Source: Candidatus Eiseniibacteriota bacterium (GTDB lineage Bacteria > Eisenbacteria > RBG-16-71-46). From it: 10,395 nucleotides of DNA. This document shows, piece after piece, positions 1-9,281 of the stretch (positions within the stretch are counted from its first letter, which is position 1; each line of letters opens with the position of its first letter). The stretch is taken from positions 1-10,395 of the forward strand of contig JBGPFC010000065.1 of NCBI GenBank assembly GCA_041483195.1, given 5' to 3'. Under the pieces are notes generated by a model that did no database searches, was not told the DNA's origin, and saw nothing but the letters and a program-made list of their open reading frames with translations. A program made the translations under genes and the position numbers.

Positions 1-1040
<1,040 letters not shown>

Positions 1041-1103
1041 TGCTCTCCTCCTCAGGTGGCCGGCCCGATGCGGGCCTTCATGGCGTTGGGTTTCGATCGC
1101 GAG

Positions 1104-1130
1104 GGAACACTCACACGATTGGAGCGTTCT
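1104..1130 (-). promoter_or_regulatory. CIRCE-like inverted repeat (putative variant HrcA operator)
   Basis: Minus strand AGAACGCTC-N9-GAGTGTTCC versus canonical TTAGCACTC-N9-GAGTGCTAA. The 9-bp spacer and CTC/GAG core are exact. It lies between the predicted promoter and groES. Confidence 0.65.
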
Positions 1131-1158
1131 TGAGGACCTACAACGGCTCGCGGCTGAG

Positions 1159-1187
1159 AATCTAGTGTACGCGGGAGCCGGGCGCAA
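1159..1187 (-). promoter_or_regulatory. Putative sigma70-type promoter of groES-groEL
   Basis: Minus strand TTGCGC (1187-1182), 17 bp, TAGATT (1164-1159). It sits just upstream of the CIRCE-like repeat, the usual arrangement for groE operons. Confidence 0.55.
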
Positions 1188-1411
1188 CCCAGGCGCGAAG
1201 ATACTTTATACTCGGCTGTGGGATAACGCGTTGCGAGGCCGCGCGTGGTCAGCGATCGAGGCTCTCGACGGACCGTCTTGCCCAAATGACACGGCATCTC
1301 TGGCGGTTCGGCGGGTCGTCGCCAGCGGTTTCGTCGCGGCCTCCGGGTGGGAACGCGGGAGATCGCCGTGAGGCCGGCGAGGGCCGGCCGAGCCGCGCGG
1401 GCGCGCGGCGC

Positions 1412-2308
1412 TCAGCGCGATTCTTCGAACAACGCCTGGCGTGGCGCTCCGTCGAGGAACCCGGTGCTCACGGCCGCGACGACGGTCACGTTCGACCGGG
1501 GCACCGGGACGCGCGAGCGCGTGAACACCACGATCGTGTCCCGGCCCTGGTGAAGGTAGAACGCATAGCCGCTGCCCACGTTGAATACTTCGCCGACGCG
1601 TCCGCTCACGCGCACGATGTGCGAGTCGAACTTGTCCGGGTGCTGGCGGATGTTCGCGAGGTCCGTGCCGCGCTGGCCCTGCGGCCAGAAGATCCACGCC
1701 GCGAGCGCCCCGACCAGCGCCACCGCGACCAGGATCTGCGTGCGGCGATTGGAGCGCAGCTCCTCGAGGGCGATCAGCCACCAGGCCTCGCGCAACGGCG
1801 CGAGCGTGGGGCCCGGGCGGGCCGCGACCGGCGTCGCCGGGGCGTCGTCGGGAAAGGCGATCGCGTCGAGTCGCGCGGACGCTTCGTTTTCTTCTTCGTC
1901 GTCCCCCTTCGCGGGCGCGCCGGCCCGGGCCCGCGCGGGCGCCGGAGGCGGAGCGGGCTCGAGGCGCAGACGTGGAACGCTGCTCGCAGCGGCGGTCCAT
2001 GGCACCGGCCGCGCGGGCGCGGGCGGCGCGCCGGGCGCCGCGGGTTTCGCGGAGGGCAGCATCTGCCCCGGCGGCGGCTCGGATCGCTCGCGTTCCACGA
2101 CGCCCTCGCCGGACTTCACGAGCCGCAACGGGGCGGCGGGCTCCTCCGGCGTGTCCTTCGAGAGCCGCTGCTGCTCGGAGCGCGCGCCCTCGTCCGGTCC
2201 CACCAGCCAGTCGGGGCGAGCGACGTTGGCGTCGGAGACGAACGGCTCTGAAGACGGCGACAACGCGTCTTCGTTCACCACGTGTTCGTCGGGCTCGGGA
2301 GGCGGCAT
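1412..2308 (-). CDS. Hypothetical single-pass membrane protein: long Pro/Ala/Glu-rich N-terminus, TM helix, C-terminal OB-fold-like domain (298 aa)
   Basis: SD GGAGA lies 6 nt before ATG 2308. Hydrophobic segment ILVAVALVGALAAWIFW follows the basic stretch RSNRR. The C-terminal pattern NIRQHPDKFDSHIVRVSGRV...YAFYLHQGRDTIVVF...NVTVVAAV resembles OB-fold beta strands. Confidence 0.75.
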   Translation of the reverse strand: MPPPEPDEHVVNEDALSPSSEPFVSDANVARPDWLVGPDEGARSEQQRLSKDTPEEPAAPLRLVKSGEGVVERERSEPPPGQMLPSAKPAAPGAPPAPARPVPWTAAASSVPRLRLEPAPPPAPARARAGAPAKGDDEEENEASARLDAIAFPDDAPATPVAARPGPTLAPLREAWWLIALEELRSNRRTQILVAVALVGALAAWIFWPQGQRGTDLANIRQHPDKFDSHIVRVSGRVGEVFNVGSGYAFYLHQGRDTIVVFTRSRVPVPRSNVTVVAAVSTGFLDGAPRQALFEESR

Positions 2309-2430
2309 CACGGATCTCCGATGGGGGTCACACCAACTCGGCCTCATTATCGGCGGGATGGCGGCCGGAGATGAGCGGAGTTCCCGCTCGCGTCACGCGC
2401 GTCCCGGAGCCGCTGGCGCGCGCGGCGCGT

Positions 2431-3807
<1,377 letters not shown>

Positions 3808-3829
3808 CACGCGCCGCAGCGATCCGCCG

Positions 3830-4306
3830 CTAGGCCGCGGACTGCAGCGCGAGGATCACGCGCTGGTTGTCGGGGATCTGGCTCATGTCGCCCGTGTTCT
3901 CGCTGATCTCGCGATGGATCACCCTGCCCTCGCGGTCGATCACGAACACCGCGCGCCCGCTCATGAGCGCCTCCTCGTTCAGGACGCCGTACGCCGCGCT
4001 GGTGGCGCGCTTGAAATCGGAGAGCAGCGGAAACGAGAGGCCGAGCCGGCGGGCGAACGCCTCGTTCGCGAAGTGACTGTCGACGCTGATCCCGAAGACC
4101 ACGGCGTTCAGCGCTTCGATCGTCGGGAGCGCCTTCTGAACCTCCGGGAGCTGGTGCGAGCACACCGGGGAAAACGCGAGCGGGTAGAAGACGAGCACCA
4201 CGTTCTTCCGGCCGCGGTACTCGGAAAGCGCCACGAACTGCCCGCCCGGGCCCTTCAACTTGAAGTCCGGGGCGCTCTGGCCCACCTCGAGCGACAGCGC
4301 CGGCAT
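3830..4306 (-). CDS. Peroxiredoxin (AhpC/TSA family, AhpE-like, single Cys)
   Basis: GQSAPDFKL, active site FYPLAFSPVC (PxxxS/TxxC), GISVDS, FPLLSDF and RAVFVID. Only one Cys. SD GGAGGT upstream. Confidence 0.93.
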   Translation of the reverse strand: MPALSLEVGQSAPDFKLKGPGGQFVALSEYRGRKNVVLVFYPLAFSPVCSHQLPEVQKALPTIEALNAVVFGISVDSHFANEAFARRLGLSFPLLSDFKRATSAAYGVLNEEALMSGRAVFVIDREGRVIHREISENTGDMSQIPDNQRVILALQSAA

Positions 4307-4447
4307 CTGAACACCTCCGCCATGCGGCCTGGATGGTCCGGGAGATCCTGCGGCAGACTCCCATTGAAACGCCTCGCGCGGTGCGATGGCAAATCGCCGC
4401 GGCGCCGGCGAGGCGCCTTGGGCCCGCCGAATCCGAGTGGTAAGGCG

Positions 4448-5044
4448 TCAGCGCCGCGCGGTGAGGCGCATCACGTCCTGGCTCGCGGCGGCCAGCTCGG
4501 AGGCGGTGCGCACGCCGCGCTCCGCCTCCCAGCGCGGCGCGAGCGCCAGGAACAGTCGCGCGGTGGTGAGCGCGTCGCCCAGCGCGCGATGGGCCGTCTC
4601 CGCGGGCAATTGAAGCCGGGTCGCGAGCGCGCCCAGCGAGTTGCTGCCGGTCCCGAACAGGCCGCGCGCGAGGCCGAGCGTGTCCACGATCGGATTGAAG
4701 AGCGGCGGCTGCCCCGCTGCGCGCAGGAGCGCGATGAGAAACGGCAGATCGAACGGCGCGTTGTGAAAGACCAGCGGAAGGTCGCCGCACGCCGCGCGCA
4801 ACTCCGCGGCCACCTGCGCCGGCTCTGGCGCATGCGCCACCATCGCGTCGGTGATGCCGTGGACCCGGGTCGCATCGGGCGGGATCGGGCGTCCCGGCCG
4901 AATCAGGCTCGACCAGGTCTCGCCGATCGCCCCGCCGTCGACCGCGACGCGCGCGACTTCGACCAGCGTCGCGCCGGACGCTGGGCTCATGCCGGTGGTC
5001 TCGGTGTCGAGCACGAGCACGCGCACCGAGTCGAGCAGGCTCAT
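4448..5044 (-). CDS. Stand-alone DEDDh 3'-5' exonuclease (DnaQ/epsilon-like), 198 aa
   Basis: ExoI VLDTETTG, VHGIT, ExoII FHNAPFD and ExoIII HRALGDA. Start set at ATG 5044 to avoid overlap with the upstream gene. Confidence 0.93.
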   Translation of the reverse strand: MSLLDSVRVLVLDTETTGMSPASGATLVEVARVAVDGGAIGETWSSLIRPGRPIPPDATRVHGITDAMVAHAPEPAQVAAELRAACGDLPLVFHNAPFDLPFLIALLRAAGQPPLFNPIVDTLGLARGLFGTGSNSLGALATRLQLPAETAHRALGDALTTARLFLALAPRWEAERGVRTASELAAASQDVMRLTARR

Positions 5045-5067
5045 GCGTCGCGGGAGGGGCGCGCGGG

Positions 5068-5586
5068 CTAGGGCCGCGGCGCGGACGTCGCGCCTTTCTC
5101 GAAATCGGCCCACTTCTCGCCGCGGCCGACGTGGTCTTCGCCGATGTAGCGCAGCATGAGCTTGAAGCGATCCGCCGGGACGTAGCCCGGCACGCTCACG
5201 ATGTGCTCGCCGCTGGACTTGAGAAACAGGGTGGTCGGATAGCCGCTCACGTGAAAGCGCTGCGCCAGCGCGCGCGACGTGTAGTTGCGATCCTCGAAGC
5301 GTGCCTCATCGAGCGCCTCGGCGTTGAGGCGCACGACGATGAAGTGCCCGCGCAGGTACTCGCGCACGTCATCGCGCGCGTACACGTCCCGGTCCATGCG
5401 CTTACACCAGCCGCACCAGTCGGTGTAGACGTCCACCAGGATCGGCCGGTGGGTGATCGCGGCCTCGGACATGCCCTGATTCCAATTGAGCCAGCCGACC
5501 TCGCCGGCGGCTCCCGCCATCGCGGGAGGCGCGAAGGGCAGGCACAGCAGGGCGGCGATGGCGAGCGGGGCGGGTGCGATTTTCAT
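5068..5586 (-). CDS. Exported thioredoxin-fold protein (SoxW/DUF255-like)
   Basis: Signal peptide ending AMA, ILVDVYTDWCGWCKRMD with a CxxC motif, cis-Pro loop VSGYPTTLFL, and VPGY. Confidence 0.9.
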   Translation of the reverse strand: MKIAPAPLAIAALLCLPFAPPAMAGAAGEVGWLNWNQGMSEAAITHRPILVDVYTDWCGWCKRMDRDVYARDDVREYLRGHFIVVRLNAEALDEARFEDRNYTSRALAQRFHVSGYPTTLFLKSSGEHIVSVPGYVPADRFKLMLRYIGEDHVGRGEKWADFEKGATSAPRP

Positions 5587-5643
5587 GGTGATTCCCCTGC
5601 GGCAGCGGTTGAGGAGCGCTGGGCGCGGCCCAGGCCGGCCGAG

Positions 5644-5673
5644 AGCCTATCACGCGCGAACGGCGCGCCCCAA
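5644..5673 (-). promoter_or_regulatory. Putative extended -10 promoter for the thioredoxin/exonuclease genes
   Basis: Minus strand TG-A-TAGGCT (5652-5644), with a weak TTGGGG 18 bp upstream of the hexamer. Confidence 0.35.
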
Positions 5674-5748
5674 ACCCTGGGGCGCACCCACGGCGGCGGC
5701 ACCGGCGCGGGGATCACGCGCGACGCGCGGAGCCCGGCCGCGCGCCGC

Positions 5749-6585
5749 TCACTCGTACACGGTGTGGCGGAGGGATTCGGAGATGCGCGCCGGGTCGAAC
5801 CGCACCCCGCACAACCGCGAGGTGCCGAACTGTCCGGGGTTCACCGTCACCGTGCGCCCGATGGTGTCGCGCCAGGACGCGGACACCCGCGGCGATTCGT
5901 GGATGTGGCCGCTCAGCACCAGCGGCGGCTGCCGGCGCTCGATGAATCCACGGATGGCGCGCGAGCCAACGTGGACGCGCGCGCCGATCATGTCGCAGCG
6001 CGTATCGCGCGGCGGCGAGTGCAGCACGAACACGGTCTCCGCGGCCGGCGTGAGCGCCGCGAGCTCGTCGAGCGCTTCGGCGATCGTGGGCGAGCGCCGG
6101 TTCGCGTCGAAGGCGTGCGGCTCGATGCGGCCGCCGCGGCTCACGTACCCGTCGAGCCGCGGCGGCGACTCCGGCGCGCCGTCCTCCCAGCGCTCCCAGT
6201 CCTTGAGCCCGAAGGGCGTGATGGGAACCCAGGACGATCCGGCGACGCGCACGCCGTCCACCTCGACCACGCGCCCGTGCAGCGCACGCCACATCTGGCC
6301 GTCGTGGCGATCGAGCAGGTCGTGATTGGCGGCCCAGTCGTCATTGCCCATCAACAACAGCAGGTCGAGTCCCGGCGCCGCCTCGCGCAGGCGCCGCGCG
6401 AACTCCACGAAGAAACCCTCGAGGAAGATGCGCTGGCGCTCGACGCCGTCCGCGCCGCCGGCGTGCGGGCAGAGGTCGCCGCCCAGCACGATCGCGCGCG
6501 GAGGATGCGCGGCGGCAAGCGCGAGCAGCTGCTCGTAGAGCGCGGTCTGGCCGTGAAGATCGGATGTGAACAGCCACTCGCTCAC
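5749..6585 (-). CDS. Calcineurin-like metallophosphoesterase (Icc-related)
   Basis: Five motifs in order: SDLHG, GGDL, GNDD, HSPP, SGHIHE, plus a C-terminal NPG. GTG start. Confidence 0.92.
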   Translation of the reverse strand: MSEWLFTSDLHGQTALYEQLLALAAAHPPRAIVLGGDLCPHAGGADGVERQRIFLEGFFVEFARRLREAAPGLDLLLLMGNDDWAANHDLLDRHDGQMWRALHGRVVEVDGVRVAGSSWVPITPFGLKDWERWEDGAPESPPRLDGYVSRGGRIEPHAFDANRRSPTIAEALDELAALTPAAETVFVLHSPPRDTRCDMIGARVHVGSRAIRGFIERRQPPLVLSGHIHESPRVSASWRDTIGRTVTVNPGQFGTSRLCGVRFDPARISESLRHTVYE

Positions 6586-6678
6586 GGCTGGGCTCCGGGT
6601 TCAGAACATGCTCGTGACATCTCGAAGCACAAAATCTATCCGAGCGCTCGGGCGCGCGCCAATCGGGCGAGAAACCGC

Positions 6679-6708
6679 TTGACCCGCGGTCGCGGCGCTC
6701 CGGATAAT
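6679..6708 (+). promoter_or_regulatory. Putative sigma70-type promoter for the CBM-like gene
   Basis: TTGACC (6679-6684), 18 bp, GATAAT (6703-6708), in the divergent intergenic region. Confidence 0.55.
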
Positions 6709-6760
6709 CGCTGCGCTGAATCTCGCCTGGTCGTTCCCCATGCCCTTAGAGAGGTTCCGA

Positions 6761-7990
6761 ATGCTCCGCCCGCGCCTCGCGCGCTTCCGCTTCGCGCTGC
6801 TCGCCATCATCTCGTGCACGTTGATCGCCGCAGCTGCGCACGCGAAATCCGCCCCGCGAAACCTGCTCAGCAACCCGGGGTTCGAGCAGCCGCTGGTGGA
6901 CACGCTCGGCACCGGCATACCGCACGAGCATCCGTGGATGCCGGCCGCGTGGGACACGACGCAATCGGGTCTGCCCACCGTGTTCTTCGGGCGCGATTCG
7001 CTGCTGGTGCACGGCGGGTCCTACGCGGTGAGCGTCGCGAACCTGAGCGTGCTGTTCCCGATGGGGCACAACTGGAGCCAGAAGCTGCTCGTCGGCCGCG
7101 AAGCCTGGGGCAAGGACCTCGTGTTCTCGGTGTGGACCCGGACCAACGGCCTCGATGGGCGCGCGTACATCCTGCTGCAGGCCTACCGCGACACCATCTC
7201 GAAGATGGCGATGGTGTGGGGCGTGGGGCGCGACGAGGCCGCGCACACGCTGAACATCAAGGGCGTGGACGACCCGCTGATCGACCTCGGCTGGAAGCGT
7301 GAATTCTTCACGACGCCCGAGACCGACTGGGTCCGGCGCGAGGCGCGAGTCTACTGCCCACCGAGCGTCAACATCGTGTTCGTTCGCTGCGGCATGCTGG
7401 GCACGGGACAGGTGATTTTCGACGACGCGTCGCTCACCCTCGAGGCCCCGCTTCCGGCGAAAGCCCCGGCGGTGGGCGAGAACCTGCTCGCCGATCCGTC
7501 GTTCGAAGGCGACACGAACGACTGGGAGTTCTCGGTCCCGCCCTACCGCGGGATGCGCATCGATCCCGAATCCACCGTCGTGCACGGCGGCCGCCGGGCG
7601 ATCCGATGCGCGAGCGGCGAAGGCGAGTACGTCAAGACGCGCGCCGGGGCGTGCCAGTCGATCTGCAATCGCGCGCTGGCGGGCAAGCGAGTGCGGCTCA
7701 CCGCTTGGGTCAAGACCGACAGCCTGCGCGGCAACGCGTACACGAAGATCTACGCCCACACCTTGCGGGGCATGAGGCAGGTTCCGCAGGGGCAGGGGTT
7801 CGGAGCCAGCACCGATTGGTCGCCGACGACGCTCGAGATGGACCTGCCTCCCGACACGTTCGAGGTCTGGGCGTGGCTCGCCTGGGACGCGCCGGTCACG
7901 GGCCGCGTTTTCTACGACGACGCAAAGCTCGAAGTGATCGGGCCGGCGCACCCCGCGCCCGCTCCGCCCGGGCCCACGCGAAAGCGCTGA
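6761..7990 (+). CDS. Secreted protein with two tandem CBM4/9-like (galactose-binding-like beta-sandwich) domains
   Basis: SD GAGG before ATG 6761 and a signal peptide ending AHA. Two repeats: NLLSNPGFE/NLLADPSFE, HGGSYA/HGGRRA, GKDLVFSVWTRT/GKRVRLTAWVKT, TDW/TDW, GQVIFDDASL/GRVFYDDAKL. Confidence 0.85.
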   Translation: MLRPRLARFRFALLAIISCTLIAAAAHAKSAPRNLLSNPGFEQPLVDTLGTGIPHEHPWMPAAWDTTQSGLPTVFFGRDSLLVHGGSYAVSVANLSVLFPMGHNWSQKLLVGREAWGKDLVFSVWTRTNGLDGRAYILLQAYRDTISKMAMVWGVGRDEAAHTLNIKGVDDPLIDLGWKREFFTTPETDWVRREARVYCPPSVNIVFVRCGMLGTGQVIFDDASLTLEAPLPAKAPAVGENLLADPSFEGDTNDWEFSVPPYRGMRIDPESTVVHGGRRAIRCASGEGEYVKTRAGACQSICNRALAGKRVRLTAWVKTDSLRGNAYTKIYAHTLRGMRQVPQGQGFGASTDWSPTTLEMDLPPDTFEVWAWLAWDAPVTGRVFYDDAKLEVIGPAHPAPAPPGPTRKR

Positions 7991-8026
7991 TCCCGCGCCG
8001 CTCCGCCGCGCGCCGAGAATCATGTC

Positions 8027-8056
8027 TTGACACGCGACTCATGGCGGCAACACACT
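8027..8056 (+). promoter_or_regulatory. Putative sigma70-type promoter pointing into a non-coding region
   Basis: Perfect -35 TTGACA (8027-8032), 18 bp, CACACT (8051-8056). Predicted start is about 8063, and no credible + strand CDS follows. Confidence 0.55.
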
Positions 8057-8062
8057 TGATTT

Positions 8063-8316
8063 GCGGCTGGGCAGGCGGGCGTCCTTGGCAGGGAACCCGC
8101 CCCCCGAACCGAGATCGCGTACGCTGCACGCGGTCTGCCGGCATGCGAGATGGCACGGTGTTCACGAGCGAGGTGAGCCGTGCGTGCTCGATCCCGGCTG
8201 CGCGGTGAGGGAGTCGCAGGGCGCGTGGAAGTACGCCCGAGGTGAACTCCTCACACGCGTCACGTGGGATGGATCCCCTCCCTCCATACTACGGCCGGAC
8301 CTTCCTTCGACCGGGG
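8063..8316 (+). ncRNA. Candidate structured non-coding RNA of unrecognised family
   Basis: Closing helix 8064-8069/8292-8297 encloses five hairpin arms found by eye. G-U pairs favour the + strand. It has its own upstream promoter and lies between convergent genes. Confidence 0.55.
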
Positions 8317-8324
8317 AGCGGGCG

Positions 8325-9281
8325 CTAGCTCCAACGCTTGCGCCGCAGGTACCACCACGTCCCGAGTGCGGTGAGTGCCAGCAGGCCCATCGCGTACCAG
8401 CCCCCATGCGGCCAGCGGTACTCCGGGAGCGCGAAGTTCATCCCGTAGTAGCTCGTGACCACCGTGAGCGGCAGGCCAACCGTCGCGATCACCGTGAGCC
8501 GCTTGATGATCTCGTTGAGACGGTTCGAGACCACCGAGACGTGCAGCTCGAGCAGCGTCGAGGTCTCGTCGCGGAACGAGTCCAGCAGGTCGGACACGCG
8601 CGCGAGGCGGTCGTACACGTCGCGCAGGTACGGGCGCAGCGCCGCGGGCACCGGCCGGAACTCGTCGCGCGTCAGCGCCAGCACGGTGTCGCGCTGCGGG
8701 CCCATCACGCGCCGCAGCGCCGACATGCCGCGCTTCAACCGCACGACGCGGGCATGAACGGCGTTCTGATCGCCCTCCTCGAACACCAGCTCCTCGAGCG
8801 CGTCGATCTCTTCAGCGATGCGGTCCACGATCGGCAGGTAGTGGTCCGCCAGCAGATCGAGCATGAAGTGGAGCAGGCCGGACGGGCCGCCGGCCAGGAG
8901 CTCGGGCCGCCGCGGCACCACCTCGTGCGCCGCGCTGATCGAGCGCGTGCTGCCGTCGTGGCAGGTGACGATGACGCGCTCGCCGAGCACGATGTCGATC
9001 TCGCGCAGCGTGGGCCGGTCCTCGTCCCAGCGCGCGGAGTGCACCACCAGGTAGAGATACGATCCGTAGTTGTCGACCTTCGGGCGATTGACGTGCGAGA
9101 CCACGTCCTCGACCACCAGCGGGTGCACCGCGAGCGGCTCGAGCACGGCGCGCGCGGCCAGCTCGTCGTCGCGATCGAGATCGATCCACACCGCCCCCCC
9201 GCCCTCGCGCACGACCCGCAGGGCGTCTGCGAGCTCGGCGGCGCGCGCGCCAGCGCCGTCGGCGATCCACGCCCGCGTCAC
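8325..9281 (-). CDS. corA: CorA-family Mg2+/Co2+ (divalent cation) transporter, 318 aa
   Basis: VWIDL, HPLVVED, RPKVDNY, YLRDVYD, NRLNEIIKRLT, signature YGMNF-x-LPE and two C-terminal TM helices. The GTG start at 9281 overlaps the upstream stop (GTGA). Confidence 0.93.
   Translation of the reverse strand: MTRAWIADGAGARAAELADALRVVREGGGAVWIDLDRDDELAARAVLEPLAVHPLVVEDVVSHVNRPKVDNYGSYLYLVVHSARWDEDRPTLREIDIVLGERVIVTCHDGSTRSISAAHEVVPRRPELLAGGPSGLLHFMLDLLADHYLPIVDRIAEEIDALEELVFEEGDQNAVHARVVRLKRGMSALRRVMGPQRDTVLALTRDEFRPVPAALRPYLRDVYDRLARVSDLLDSFRDETSTLLELHVSVVSNRLNEIIKRLTVIATVGLPLTVVTSYYGMNFALPEYRWPHGGWYAMGLLALTALGTWWYLRRKRWS

Noticed and set aside
1052..1081. Mini-[12 protein letters not shown] and hairpin GGCCCG-CAT-CGGGCC in the groES leader (uORF or thermometer)
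   Set aside because: The mini-ORF has no SD, and the hairpin does not sequester the groES SD.
1217..1226. TGTGGGATAA resembling a DnaA box
   Set aside because: It has an extra base relative to TTATCCACA, is a single copy, and has no origin context.
1371..1411. GC hairpins downstream of the membrane protein gene
   Set aside because: There is no U-tract, so they cannot be supported as an intrinsic terminator.
5131..7302. 723-aa + strand ORF and the many other Arg/Ala-rich overlapping ORFs
   Set aside because: They overlap well-supported genes in other frames and have no recognisable motifs. Such ORFs are expected from stop-codon scarcity at high GC.
8089..8110. AGGGAA...GCCCCC resembling a cobalamin riboswitch core
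   Set aside because: It lacks the intervening GGUG/AAUCC hairpin and ACUGU, and there is no downstream + strand gene.
8151..8165. TGGCACG resembling a sigma54 -24 box
   Set aside because: The -12 position reads AC, not the required GC, and the bases are explained by arm C pairing.
8162..8287. 41-aa minus-strand ORF MEGGDPSHV... with GAAGGAAGG upstream
   Set aside because: SD spacing is long (about 12 nt), the peptide is unrecognisable, and the promoter and G-U polarity favour a + strand RNA. Not fully excluded.
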